From Eledone cirrhosa (Eukaryota): a stretch of 64,000 nucleotides of DNA. How positions within the stretch are numbered: the first letter of the stretch is position 1; each line of letters opens with the position of its first letter. The stretch spans positions 96,100,001-96,164,000 of the forward strand of contig OZ024742.1 in NCBI GenBank assembly GCA_964016885.1, written 5' to 3'. Under the pieces are notes generated by a model. It saw only the letters and a program-made list of their open reading frames with translations. It was not told the origin of the DNA and made no database searches. Below, one piece after another: positions 15,811 through 29,460 of this stretch. The translations under genes were made by a program, and so were the position numbers.

Positions 15811-15823
15811 CATATATATATAC

Positions 15824-15868
<45 letters not shown>

Positions 15869-15869
15869 T

Positions 15870-18523
15870 CGTTTCTGAATTTGCTTAGCAAGATTCTTTA
15901 TCTGAAAACGTGTGTTGAAACCGATATTGTTATACTTTGGGAGGGTCATTTTGCCAATAAGAAACACACGCACCAAATTCTTTCACTTCAATTTATTATA
16001 ATAAATTTATAAATTTAGGAATTTATAAATTTCCGGTTGGTTGGTTGGTTCCAAAACCAGATCGTTGTTTATATATTGTCAAAGTTCTTTCGTCACACAT
16101 TCGGTGACTGCTTCAGTGACTGGGGATTCTTTTCTTTGTTGTTGTGCCTCTCCTTTGTTCTGTCCTACTCCATCTTGTTTCTGTGTGTGTGTTGTGTGCT
16201 CAGTCTATGCATGCGCCACATCCGGGTGTCTGTGTGTGTTTATATTCGTTTATTTATTTTTTTATTTACATGTTACAGGTTGGTTGTTTGTTTTATGTGC
16301 GCGTGTATTTTCATTTTGTCCTTAATTGTAAGTTGTGACGTTGCTGTTCCACTCATGTTTTCTATTTAATTTTGCTTGTAATTCTATTATGTTTATTGCC
16401 TCTGCGATTTGTCTAAACATTGCGTCTTTTGTGTGTGTAGATTCTATTTTTATTTCTATGTTCTCTAATTTACCCTTACGTTCTATTTTAGCCTGTTGGT
16501 AGATTACAGATGACTCTTTACTATCCTGAAGGTCTCGCCAGTGTTCATTTATCCGTTTCCCTACACTACGAGCTGTCTCACTTATGTACACTATATTTTT
16601 GTCTCTACATTGTCCTTCAGTACATCTTATGCTATGTACTACATTTCTAGTTTTACAGTTAATATGGGGGGGGGGGGCTTAATTTACAGGTTATACATTT
16701 CTTATCTATACAGGGGATGTTTGAAAAGGGTATGTCTTGCTAATAAGTGTTTTTATGGAGGTACCTGGTCTTTCTACTATCTTAATATTGAGTTTATGTT
16801 TATCTAGGGCCCTTCTAAATTTGTAAGCTTATTCACCTCTAGGGGTTGTATCGATGAACATTACACTTTGGTATTTATTGCTATCATACCATGAGTTTAT
16901 TCTATTAGCCTTATTCCTAGTTCTTTCTATTCTATTCCAAAATTTGCTCCTACACAAGGGGAAGTCCCATTTGTGTCATTATTTACCATTTTTTCCCCAT
17001 TTGGTTCTGACTCCTCTATACACTCTGATTTTATTTCTCTGATTGTAACCAGAGAACTGCATACGGTGCATGAAGTGTTGTATGTGTCTCTCTAGTTCTT
17101 CGGGGTTGCACATGCGGGACACGTTTCTCATCACCCGTACCAAATCCGCAATCAGTATGTTGATTTTGGTATGGTCCGAAACAGCTGAGTTTCGGTGGAT
17201 CAGATATATGGAAGTCATGGGTTTGGCATAATGGGAATGGAGGATTTGTTTTTTGTTATTAATGGTATCTAACCAGAGCTCTGTGTCTAGTACAGGTAAT
17301 CGATGGTTGGGGTGTCTACTTGGGTAGTCTATAGTAACTCTAATACTCTGGTGGATGGAGTTAGCTATTTGCTGGATGCTTTCCATTGTGTTTTTCTTTA
17401 ATTCCTGAGTGGTCTCTAGTGGGGGTGTCTTAACTACGATGTTTATATCATCAACGTAGCGGGAGTACATTATCAGGGTTAAGGGGTCTTCTAATTATTC
17501 TTTAAGTTTAAGTTTAAGTCTACTGTCCCACCATACCATGAATAAGTTAGCTATGTCGTCTGCAATGCTAACACCAATGGCTGCTCCCTCCTCTTGGGCA
17601 TATGTGTTTCCATTAAATTTGAAAATATGTTCCTTAAGGGTTAATTTTATGCTGGCCCACACCGCATGTGCAATCACTTTCTTTAGTTCATCGTGGTTTT
17701 CGGGGGTCCGTATGGCTCTGGTCCACCCGTTCCATCTATCTCTGTGGGTTTTCTTGGCCATTGAGGTAATGGTGGGTGGTCTGCCTTTTGCTGGTCTTGT
17801 AGGGCACAGGTTGCTAAGGTCATATGTGTCTAGATAATTATTACTATAGGTAAGTTTAAGTAGGAGTCCCAGCTCACTGGTATCAATCCCACCGATCACA
17901 ACATTGCTCTCACTGATCATTTCTACGCATTTCTCCACACAAAATCCACGTCAATAGATGGATACAGGGACACAACATCCATACTACCTATTATGCAGTT
18001 TGTTAGGTCCCTAGATCGGTTACTCCCGCCGATTCTGCTGAGAAGGTCCTCTGTGCTGTCACATACATCTGGGGACATTTCAATGATGGGGCGTATGATC
18101 AGGGAGAGGAAGTAGGACAGTCTGTAGTTACTAGCAATGTTAGCTCCACTGACTGGCCGTGTTGGTGGTCTCGTGACAGGGTCACTGCTCGTTTTATGGT
18201 CTTTTCGAAGCCCATACAACGCTGCACGTCATTGTTCCAGGCCTGGAAGTTGTTGGCAGTCATTTTGTTGGGCTGCATTATATTTGTCCAAATCACCATA
18301 TGGGCATTGAGGGCTTTTTCTCTATCCTCATGCTCCTGTGGTGTTACCTCTCTTGTGTTAGTGATGTGGGGTTGCATTGCCTGGATGTAGTTTGGCAGGC
18401 TGTCAACCGACATTCTGCCAGACTTGTCTGTTGGAAAGCATGCTATCTCTCCATTACGCGAGCGCTGCATGAGCTTACGCAAGCCATTTGCAGATTTTTC
18501 TCCCAGTTGCTGGGACTCCATTC
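15870..18523 (-). mobile_element. Penelope-like element (RT plus C-terminal GIY-YIG), 5'-truncated, multiply frameshifted
   Basis: FPTDKSG, YGLRKDHK, PTRPV, GSMDVVSLYPSID, QEEGAAIG, SRYVDD, LPVLD, then YISETARSVGKRINEH. The 3' UTR carries an HHR and both ends lie in (TA)n. Confidence 0.93.
16078..16120 (-). ncRNA. Hammerhead copy with damaged core
   Basis: GTCA-CTGAAGC-A-GTCAC..GTGAC-GAAA-GAAC-TT-TGAC (A9C). Confidence 0.7.
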
Positions 18524-19376
<853 letters not shown>

Positions 19377-19945
19377 ACCACAATTAGCTGCTAAAGGGTT
19401 CTCCCTAAAAATGAAAGGCAGGTTGTACGATGCCTGCATACGAACAGCAATGTTGCATGGCAGTGAGACCTGGGCATTGTGTGCAGAGGATATACGCAGA
19501 TTAGAGAGGAACGAAGCTTGCATGCTCCGCTGGATGTGTAACAGTAATATACGTGAACGGCAAAGCATAAACGAACTAAGGAAAAAATTAGAGATAAGAG
19601 GGATCAGATGTTGTTTACTCGAGAGAAGGCTACGTTGGTATGGACACGTGATGCGCATGAAAGTCGATAGCTGTATAACAAAGTGCAGGGCAATAAAGAT
19701 TGACGGTAGCCACGGAATAGGCAGCCCTAAAAAACCTGGGACGAGCTGATAAACTCCGACCTCACACACTTACACCTCTCCAAGACAATGTCACTGGACC
19801 GAGACCTTTGGCGGTACTCAGTAACAGAGAAGACCCGCCTTACCACCGAGACCTTTGGCGGTACTCAGTAACAGAGAAGACCCGCCTTACCTAAATATAT
19901 AGTAAAACCTACTCCAGCCAGTAGGCATCTCTAACAAAATACACC
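19377..19945 (+). mobile_element. RTE internal/3' fragment lacking its own tail
   Basis: Reverse-complement match to ~4060-4575. 47-bp tandem duplication at 19798-19844/19845-19891. Confidence 0.9.
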
Positions 19946-19963
19946 TAAGAATATAACATCATT

Positions 19964-20057
19964 GATCTCAGCAGACGGGCGGGGTAGTTGGCCTTGATAA
20001 GCTTCAACAAAAGCGAAACATGTCATGTCGGCTTATCTCCTCCTGTTTGCTGAGATC
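19964..20057 (+). ncRNA. Type I hammerhead ribozyme with U3-A8 core and long stem I
   Basis: GATCTCAGCAGACGGG..GCC-TTGATAA-GCTT caacaa AAGC-GAAA-CATGTCATG-TC-GGC..CCTGTTTGCTGAGATC. Confidence 0.88.
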
Positions 20058-20515
20058 GAAGTGAGTGAATTTGTCACTACTTTAAAACAATAGCTTACGG
20101 TCTTCAAAATGCTTTTAATTAAGCATAAAGTGTATTGCAAAATACATTATATTTACATCCATATATATATTGCTAATTCAGAGCTACAATTCTAATTTTT
20201 AATATATATTTATATATATATATACATATATATACATATATATATTTATATATATATATATACATATATAATCATATATATATATATACATATATATTTA
20301 TATATATATATACATGCATATATATTTATATATATATATATACATATATATATATAGATATATATTTATATATATATATACATATATATATATATACATA
20401 TATATTTATATATATATATACATATATATTTATATACATATATATATATATATATACATATATATATACATATATTATGAAAATAAACCAAAGAAGCCTT
20501 CAATACATCAAAAGT

Positions 20516-20569
20516 CTTTATTAGCCAACAATGTTTCCTCCTATTAAGGACTCATCTGGGCAATTAAAG
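20516..20569 (-). ncRNA. Hammerhead copy in the inverted pLTR (stem II closing pair mutated)
   Basis: GCC-CAGATGA-GTCC ttaata GGAG-GAAA-CATTG-TT-GGC. Confidence 0.7.
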
Positions 20570-20861
20570 CTATAAGAAGCACTATCAGTCAATACAAGCC
20601 GAAAACTCAGAAGAATATGGAGTGTACATAGATTAAATCATAGGAAAATAAACGGGTAAAAATTATCAAGTAAAAAATTATCAAGTGAAAATTGCTAAGG
20701 AAGCAAGTAACATTTTGAACCATATTACAAATATAGTTCAATGCAAAAACTAGAGCTAAAACATAGGTGGTGATATAGAGCGGCAATTATTGTACTATAT
20801 ATAATATAATATAATATATATAATTATTGTACTATATATATAATATAATATAATATATATT

Positions 20862-23261
20862 AAGTATAGGCCATATAATAGACATGGAAATTATAATAAG
20901 TTTGACAAGTTCCAGTCTAGACTTAAAAATATTGTTAAGGGTTTTTGTGCGAATAAGTCTGTTCTTATCCCGGCTGATAAGACTAAGAATCTATACTCTA
21001 TGGATTACAGTGCTTACCGCGATTTTATTTATAAGGAGCTGCATAGAAATTATAAAAAAACTACGCAGGATAATTTGAACCATATCAATAGTGAGGGTTT
21101 TAAGATAGTCTCGGATCTTGGCCTAGATAAATATACCCAGCCATATTACCCTAGAGAACCGAGATTCACTCTTAAGGATCATAAGGTAGACTTCATTAGT
21201 AATCCCTCTGTTAGACTCATCTGTCCTTCTAAGTCTGATATAGCCATAATTAGTAAAAAAATCCTTGACCTTATTATACCAGATGTTAGGGAGAAGGTTA
21301 ATTTTAACCTATGGGGGAACACTAAGGAGGTTATAGATTGGTTCTCTGGCATTAATAAACTTGAATCTAGTAAGTTTATCCAGTTCGATATTGATGCCTA
21401 TTACACATCGATTTCACCCATCCTCCTTAATAAAGCCTTAATGTTGGCTATGAGAGTGTCCAGCCTTACACGATCACAGGTAGATATTATACTAGCAGCC
21501 CGCAGAACTATCATTAATTTTGAGGATACTTTTTGGACCCGTAAAAACACGCCCAATAATTTCGACGTTACAATGGGTTCGAGTGATTCGGCCCAGGTAA
21601 CTGATCTTGTTAGGTTGTTCCTCCTAAATGAACTATATGTTACCTTTCCGCACCTTAAAGGCGGACTTTATCGTGACGATGCATTGTTTGTGATTAGCTC
21701 TAGCACCAACAACGTCGAACATAATAAGAAGAAGCTTCATAAGTTTTTTAAAAGCTATAACCTTTCGATCACGATAGATAGAAACGATAGAGCGGTCAAC
21801 TTTTTAGATGTGACTTTGGACTTGGTCACTAATAGTTTTAAACCCTTCCATAAGCCTAATGAAATACTCTCTTATGTTAGTCCAAATTCTAACCACCCCA
21901 AATCTATGATACGCTCTATAATTAATGGTGTATCTAATAGGATTTCCACACTCTCTAAGGACGTAGGAACATTTAATGCACATGCAGAGTACTATAATAA
22001 TGCCCTAGCTAACTCAGGTTACTCTGGTAAAATACATTATAATAATAGTAACCTTAGAAATAATAATAACATAATATCCCATAATATGGCCATGAATGGG
22101 AGTAGAAAGCATAAGAATCGTAGAAATCACATAAGTGTATCTGAACCCATCCATGGGTTAAGCCACCGGACTCGTAGCAGGGAATCTAATACTTCTAGGA
22201 ATCAAGTCGAGCCCTCTGAGCGCTCACCCATTGGTAATACTTTTGATATACCTAATTCTAATAATGTTGTTTCTACTGATCCTATTATTGGCCCTAATCC
22301 TTTTGATATGATTCCAGATGGCAGCAGATATACTAGAGGTAGAAACAGAAAGAGACTTAATTGAGTTTCTGCTGATTCTAGTAATGGGGTTTTAACTAAT
22401 CCTTGTAGTAACCCAAATCTTAATAATGGGATATTAGATAACGGTAGAGTTGGTAAGGATAAAAATAGAAGGAGACTAAATACTTATTTTAACCCGCCAT
22501 ATAATCAGGAAGTATTAACTAACATCCCTAGGTCTTTCTTTTCTATCTTAGAGAAAAACTTCCCTCCTACTAATAAATACCATAGTATTTTTAATAAAAA
22601 TGTAATTAAACTTTCATTCTCTACCACCCCTAATATTAGTTCTCATTTAGCTATCACTAACAATGGGAAAATTAGGGATGGATACTTCTCTCTACGTACT
22701 ACTAGTCAGAATAGATCCGTAAATGCCTTACCACCAGAGCAGACTTTATCTCATAGTAATCCTACGTGCGATGTATCACTACTTCAGCCGATCAATAACA
22801 CCCGGAAGTGTAACTGTAGAATGAGTGCTAACTGCCCTTTAAACGGTAACTGCCTCTCTAAGAACATCGTTTATGCTTGTGTGGTTAAAACTAATTCTTT
22901 TAATAGCACATATATAGGCTCTACATCTAACACTTTTAAGACTAGGTTTAATTCTCATATCTCTAATTTTAAACATGTTAAGTTTAAGAATTCTACTTCT
23001 TTAGCACACCATATCTGGGATCGTAAGGGGGCTAATATACCATATAGCCTTAGTTGGCGTATAGTAGCACGCTCTAATAACCTGTCAACACATACTAAAT
23101 TTTGCAATCTCTGTATCCTTGAGACCCACTCTATAATTTTCTCTAGGGAAACCTTACTTAATAGAAAGTCTGAAATATTCTCTTCTTGCCCCCACGCTAT
23201 TTCAAATTCTTACTTTTATTATAAACCTAAAGGTTCTAGTAGTGTAAATTGTATCCATTAG
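20862..23261 (+). CDS. Naiad-type PLE RT/GIY-YIG polyprotein, 5'-truncated, one in-frame TGA at 22362-22364
   Basis: One frame: IPADKTKNLY, LKDHK..PSVRLICPSKS, QFDIDAYYTSI, FDVTMGSSDSAQVTDLV, LYRDD, NFLDVTLDL, [TGA], YFNPPYNQEVLTNI, CNCRMSANCPLNGNCL, IVY..YIGST..FKTRFNSH, CNLCILE, CPH. Confidence 0.88.
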
Positions 23262-25012
23262 CTGCTACATTCCCTTATCTTTTTAGTTAAGGTTTATTAT
23301 GTTTACCACCATCATTATCATCATTTTTATCATTGGCTTTTGACAGATTTTCATTATAGATTTCATAATCTTTTGGCTACCATACCATTTCTATCTTCTT
23401 AAATATTATATTTTCACTATTAACACCTTAGGAGTTTATATCTGATTATATATTTTATTTTATTTTATTCTATTTTATTTTATTTGGATTCTTCTTTGGA
23501 TAACTACCCCCCCCCCCCCACACACACATACACACTTGTCACTCGCCCCTTCAAATATACTATAATTATATTCAATTCCCTTTTACGCTCCTTTCTATTG
23601 TATAGTACAGTATGTTGATTATGATTTTATGGTCTTTCGTATCCTCCATACATTTCTTTTTTCTGTCCCCATTGGCCTACCATAACTCTATTTAAAGTCT
23701 GTTTATTAGATAACGTTATTCAACTGATAGTTGAATATTTCATTTTTTCCAGATATATTTTTATAGTGATATCTTTAAATTCGGGGATTTTGATTACTTA
23801 AACCATAGCTAATTTTGTATGGACTTATTATGTATTTTAAGTACTTTCTATATTAATTAATTTAATAGGGTTTTCTAGTCATTTATCCGGGTTTGTCTCC
23901 TAAATTGTTTACTTAACTGCATGTGACACCTAAGTAAATACTTTTGTTTTTGTTTTTCAATTTCCGGTTGATTGTATTTATTTATATATACTACCGTGCG
24001 TAGTCTGTCTGTCTGTCTCTCATTTACTTATTCACAAATGTCTCTCCACCAACCATGTAATTATGTATGTTATACTATGTTCAATATTTTATATTGAAAT
24101 TTCATATCATTCCTCTCTTTGTAAACGTACTACTGATCATTATTATTTACCGATTATTAAATGTACCATTATGTTATGTTAAATTCTGTAAATCCTGTAA
24201 TATGTTTATAATTCTTGTAATGTTTGGATAATATTTATTTACACCAACTGTATAGAAATTTGACCTCCATCTATTTTCTTGCAATGGTTTTGATATTTTT
24301 CCAACATAATTTTTCCAATATAATTTAGTTCTGTACAATATTTTTTCTCACCCGGTCTGTAACTCTATATGATTTGTTAAGTTATATGCCATTATAATAT
24401 TGTGATTTTAGTGTTATTGTAACATTTATATTGTTTGTGCAAATTAACCGGAGATTATCTATTATATAATTATATAGTTTATTATATATTTTGTGCTTAC
24501 TTTTAATCATTTATTCTTCATTTTATACTGTAAATATTATATGTATTATATTTTAATTTTATTTTCATTTGTATTTTTTTTATTTATTTTTTTTTTTATT
24601 ATTATTATTATTTATATTTAAACTCTTAATAAGGGTTAGTTTGTGCTTCTATTGATGGAAATGTGTATTGATATATATGTATATATGTGTACATATGTAT
24701 ATATATATATATGTATATTGGGCCTTTTAACATTTTATTATTATCATTATTAATTATATTTTATTATATTATATTATATTATATATAGTACAATAATTCC
24801 CGCTCTATATCACCACCTCTGTTTTAGCTCTAGTTTTTGCATTGGACTATATTTGTAATATGGTTCAAAATGTTAATTGCTTCCTTAGCAATTTTCACTT
24901 GATAATTTTTTACTTGATAATTTTTACCCGATTATTTTCCTATGATTTAATCTATGTACACTCATATTCTTCTGAGTTTTCGGCTTGTATTGGCTGATAG
25001 TGCTTCTTATAG

Positions 25013-25066
25013 CTTTAATTGCCCAGATGAGTCCTTAATAGGACGAAACATTGTTGGCTAATAAAG
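25013..25066 (+). ncRNA. Type I hammerhead ribozyme (U4A variant)
   Basis: CTTTAATTGCC-CAGATGA-GTCC ttaata GGAC-GAAA-CATTG-TT-GGCTAATAAAG. Confidence 0.8.
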
Positions 25067-25726
25067 ACTTTTAATGTATTGAAGGCTTCTTTGGTATATT
25101 TTCATAATTCTTCGGCTCTGTTTAATTACATTGAGCTATACCTTTACTGTTATTTCTATAATACGAAGAGGGTGTTTAACTCCAACACACTCTGGTATTT
25201 CAATTATTATATATACATATATATACATATATATATATACATATATATTTATATATATATATATATACATATATATACATATATATTTATATATATATAT
25301 ACATATATATACATATATATATACATATATATATATACATATATATATATACATATATATACATACATATATATACATATATATATATATACATATGTAT
25401 TTATATATATATATACATATATATACATATATATTTATATATATATATACATATATATACATATATATTTATATATATATATACATATATATTTATATAT
25501 ATATATACATATATATACATATATATTTATATATATATATACATATATATACATATATATTTATATATATATATACATATATATTTATATATATATATAC
25601 ATATATATTTATATATATATATACATATATATACATATATATATATATATACATATATATTTATATATATATATACATATATATACATATATATTTATAT
25701 ATATATATACATATATATAACATTAA

Positions 25727-27292
25727 AGGAGAATATTGCATAAAGGATTAATCAATTGTGAATGAACTCATACCTAAGAACGCCTAATTCGTTGTCTCAA
25801 AGCAATAGCTGTACCTTTTTTGGAGGTAAGTCTTGAACGTTTCCGTGTGGGCATAACGACGTGTAACGAAGCTGTTAGGTTAGAGAGAGTTGATTAAATA
25901 CAGAGAGAGATGACACCAGATTCGTTAGCATGGTTACTTGTGAATGGGAAGGTTTGGAAATATGATTACAATAACTTACCGAATTTTCCCGTCTATAAAT
26001 TGCACTTAAAATAATTAAATTTAATAAAAAAACAGCTCTGCGCTTTATACTCCGGTGAGCCTTATGTATAAATAATACAATGGTAATCAATCATGGCTCT
26101 AACAGAAGTAATAGATCTAGACTAAAAGTAAAGAAGATAGCATTTTCTGGTTGGCCTTACACGCTGTTGCGCGGACCTGATTTTAAATGATACGCCTTAT
26201 ATCCTGGTGAGCCTTATAGAGCGGAAAATATCTATTGGAAAAGAATACGAAATCATGACCAAGGTGTGACAAAATAGGCGTCTATACAGCGCTTGAAACA
26301 AACTTGTCCAAAACCCTAGGATTTTTCTCGTTAAGTATCCACCCAAAAGGAACCGTTTTTTAGTTACAAAAAATAACCAAAGTGTATAGTAGCTATATTT
26401 CTGACATATCATGACAAAAAGAACAATATATTAAAAAAATGTTCTAAAGTACATTCAATCTCTCTTTTTGACCGATATCTTAATAAGCAAGTTATCGATT
26501 TTTTATTGGCTGTCAGTGTCTATCTGCATGCAGGTGTGCACGTGTGCGCAATTAATTGCAAATACGCTCACAACATTTAGTCGCAAGCAGAACAAAAAAT
26601 GCCATTAGAGGTGGGCTAATAATGAAGACACAAACCCTGGTGAACTTACGTTTAAACACCCGAAAAGTTACTCACTTTCTGTGCAAAAGACTGTATTATA
26701 AATTAAGTAATTTTTTCGAATCTTTTGTTTAAAAAAGGAAAACATTGGTACGACGTAAATTTTTTTACTTGTATTGTATGTGTACAACACAACTTGGTCA
26801 AGGTATTATTTAGTAATTTTTTTTTCAAAAAGCATGATTATTTAAGACTGTTTGAAAATTTACTCACAGCTTTTAGGTTCACAAAAGACACCATTAAATT
26901 TGGTTCCCTTTTCAGATAGGGATAATACTGTATTTACACTTGAATAAGGTGGAATATGAAAAGAAACTCTTTAATGGTCGGTCGTTTACTGAGACAGCTG
27001 GGAAGACATGCAGCTGGCCGTCCAATCAATAACGCACGTCCTTATATGGGCATATGAAATTTATTTTTATTGCGCCAGATGTAAACTAAGTGTTCTTGTG
27101 TTCGAATTCACATAACATTTCATTGGAATCGAAAAGCATTCTGTCATAGGGCCCGATTATCAATTTTTCGAAAATTTCAAGTAGCCTATTCCACTCTACG
27201 CGTTGAGTTTTATATATGTGTGAGGTTTCATGAAAATTCGATGAACGGTGTAGCAGGCAAGTTCGGTACACTAAACAATGTCCATCTTCCCT
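25727..27292. mobile_element. Unclassified non-coding insert, possibly a non-autonomous DNA transposon (Kolobok-like ends)
   Basis: Left end TTAA|AGGAGAA, right end CTTCCCT|TTAT. Internal repeat GGTGAGCCTTAT at ~26053 and ~26206. No credible ORF. Only weak terminal similarity. Confidence 0.3.
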
Positions 27293-27414
27293 TTATATAT
27301 ATAGATATATATATACATATATAGATATATACATATATATATATACATATAAATATACATATATATATATACATATATATATATACATATATATATATAT
27401 ACATATAAATATAC

Positions 27415-27513
<99 letters not shown>

Positions 27514-27524
27514 CATATATATAC

Positions 27525-27555
<31 letters not shown>

Positions 27556-27568
27556 CACATATACATAT

Positions 27569-27619
<51 letters not shown>

Positions 27620-27699
27620 CATATATAAAGAAAAAGAGATGAAATGGAAAATGCAACTGGAGTCTTATTTCTTTTTTAAATATATATATTTATTTGGTT

Positions 27700-27737
27700 C
27701 CTTTACCGGTTTCGCAGTTCTTCTGCTTTTCAAAAGG
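27700..27737 (-). ncRNA. Minimal hammerhead ribozyme, U3-A8 core
   Basis: CCTT-TTGAAAA-GCAG aagaa CTGC-GAAA-CCGG-TA-AAGG. Confidence 0.8.
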
Positions 27738-27912
27738 TGAGTTCAGATGGACGGTCTGTGGTTTTTCTCACATCTGGTTGGTCTCTGAATGTTACTTGTT
27801 TTATATGGAAAAAGTGGCTCGAAATGCCAGGTTTTTCGAGAAGTAATTTGATTGGTTTGTCAATAATTATAATAAATTTCGAGAAAAGCCACAGACCCTC
27901 CATCTCAATTTA

Positions 27913-27950
27913 CCTTTTGAAAAGCAGAAGAAATGCGAAACCGGTAAAGG
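27913..27950 (+). ncRNA. Minimal hammerhead ribozyme, U3-A8 core
   Basis: CCTT-TTGAAAA-GCA gaagaaa TGC-GAAA-CCGG-TA-AAGG. Confidence 0.78.
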
Positions 27951-28084
27951 AACCAAATATATATATATTTTAAAAAAAAATAAGACTCCAGTTGCATTTT
28001 CGATTTCATCTCTTTTTCTTTATACTTTCACTCATGTAGGACACCTCGGTTATTTTTCAATTTGTAAAAAAAACTCACTTTCTA

Positions 28085-28183
28085 ATATACATATATATAT
28101 ATATACATATATATTTATATATATATATACATATATATATATACATATATATACATATATATTTATATATATATATACATATT

Positions 28184-28227
<44 letters not shown>

Positions 28228-28834
28228 CATATTTACATATATATATACATATATATATATACACATATATATATATATATACATATATATATACACATAT
28301 ATATATATATACATATATATATACACATATATATATATACATATATATATATATACATATATATATACATATATATATATATACATATATATATACATAT
28401 ATATATACATATATACATATATATATACATATATATATACATATTTATATACATATATATATACATATATATATACATATATATATACATATACATATAT
28501 ATATACATATATATATACATATATATATACATATATATATACATATACATATATATATACATATATATATACGTATATATATATATATACATATATATAC
28601 ATATATATATATATACATATATATATACATATATACATATATATATATATACATATATATATACATATATATATACATATACATATATATATACATATAT
28701 ATATACGTATATATATATATATACATATATATACATATATATATATATACATATATATATACATATATACATATATATATATATACATATATATATACAT
28801 ATATACATATATATATATATACATATATATATAC

Positions 28835-28865
<31 letters not shown>

Positions 28866-29408
28866 CATATATATACATATATAATTATATATATATATAC
28901 ATATATATTTATATACGTATATATACATATATAATTATATACATATATATACATATATAATTATATATATATATATACATATTAATACATATATATTAAT
29001 ACATACATATATATACATATATATTTATATACATATATATACATATATAATTATATATATATATACACATATTAATACATATATATTAATACATACATAT
29101 ATATACATATATATTTATATACATATATATACATATATAATTATATATATATATACATATATTTTATATACATATATAATTATATACATATATATACATA
29201 TATAATTATATATATATATACATATATAAATATATATACATATATATACATATATAATTATATATATATATACATATATATTTATATATACATATATATA
29301 TATATATATACATATATAATTATATATATATATACATATATATTTATATATATATATATACATATATATTTATATATACATATATATATATATATATACA
29401 TATATATT

Positions 29409-29460
<52 letters not shown>
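28085..29460. repeat. Interrupted (TA)n array
   Basis: Direct reading. Confidence 0.98.

Larger units (their letters stand above)
20475..25208 (+). mobile_element. Naiad-type Penelope-like element with inverted upstream pLTR
   Basis: 20475-~20818 is the reverse complement of ~24762-25107. RT-GIY-YIG ORF, ~1.9-kb 3' UTR, (TA)n on both flanks. Confidence 0.9.
27622..28084. mobile_element. Short non-coding foldback element (inverted pLTR pair) with two HHRs
   Basis: ~27622-27769 is inverted against ~27881-28024, followed by a ~60-nt tail. (TA)n flanks. Confidence 0.82.

Noticed and set aside
14287-18523. Single tandem PLE insertion
   Set aside because: The two copies are visibly diverged and separated by ~500 bp of TA, so independent insertions are more likely.
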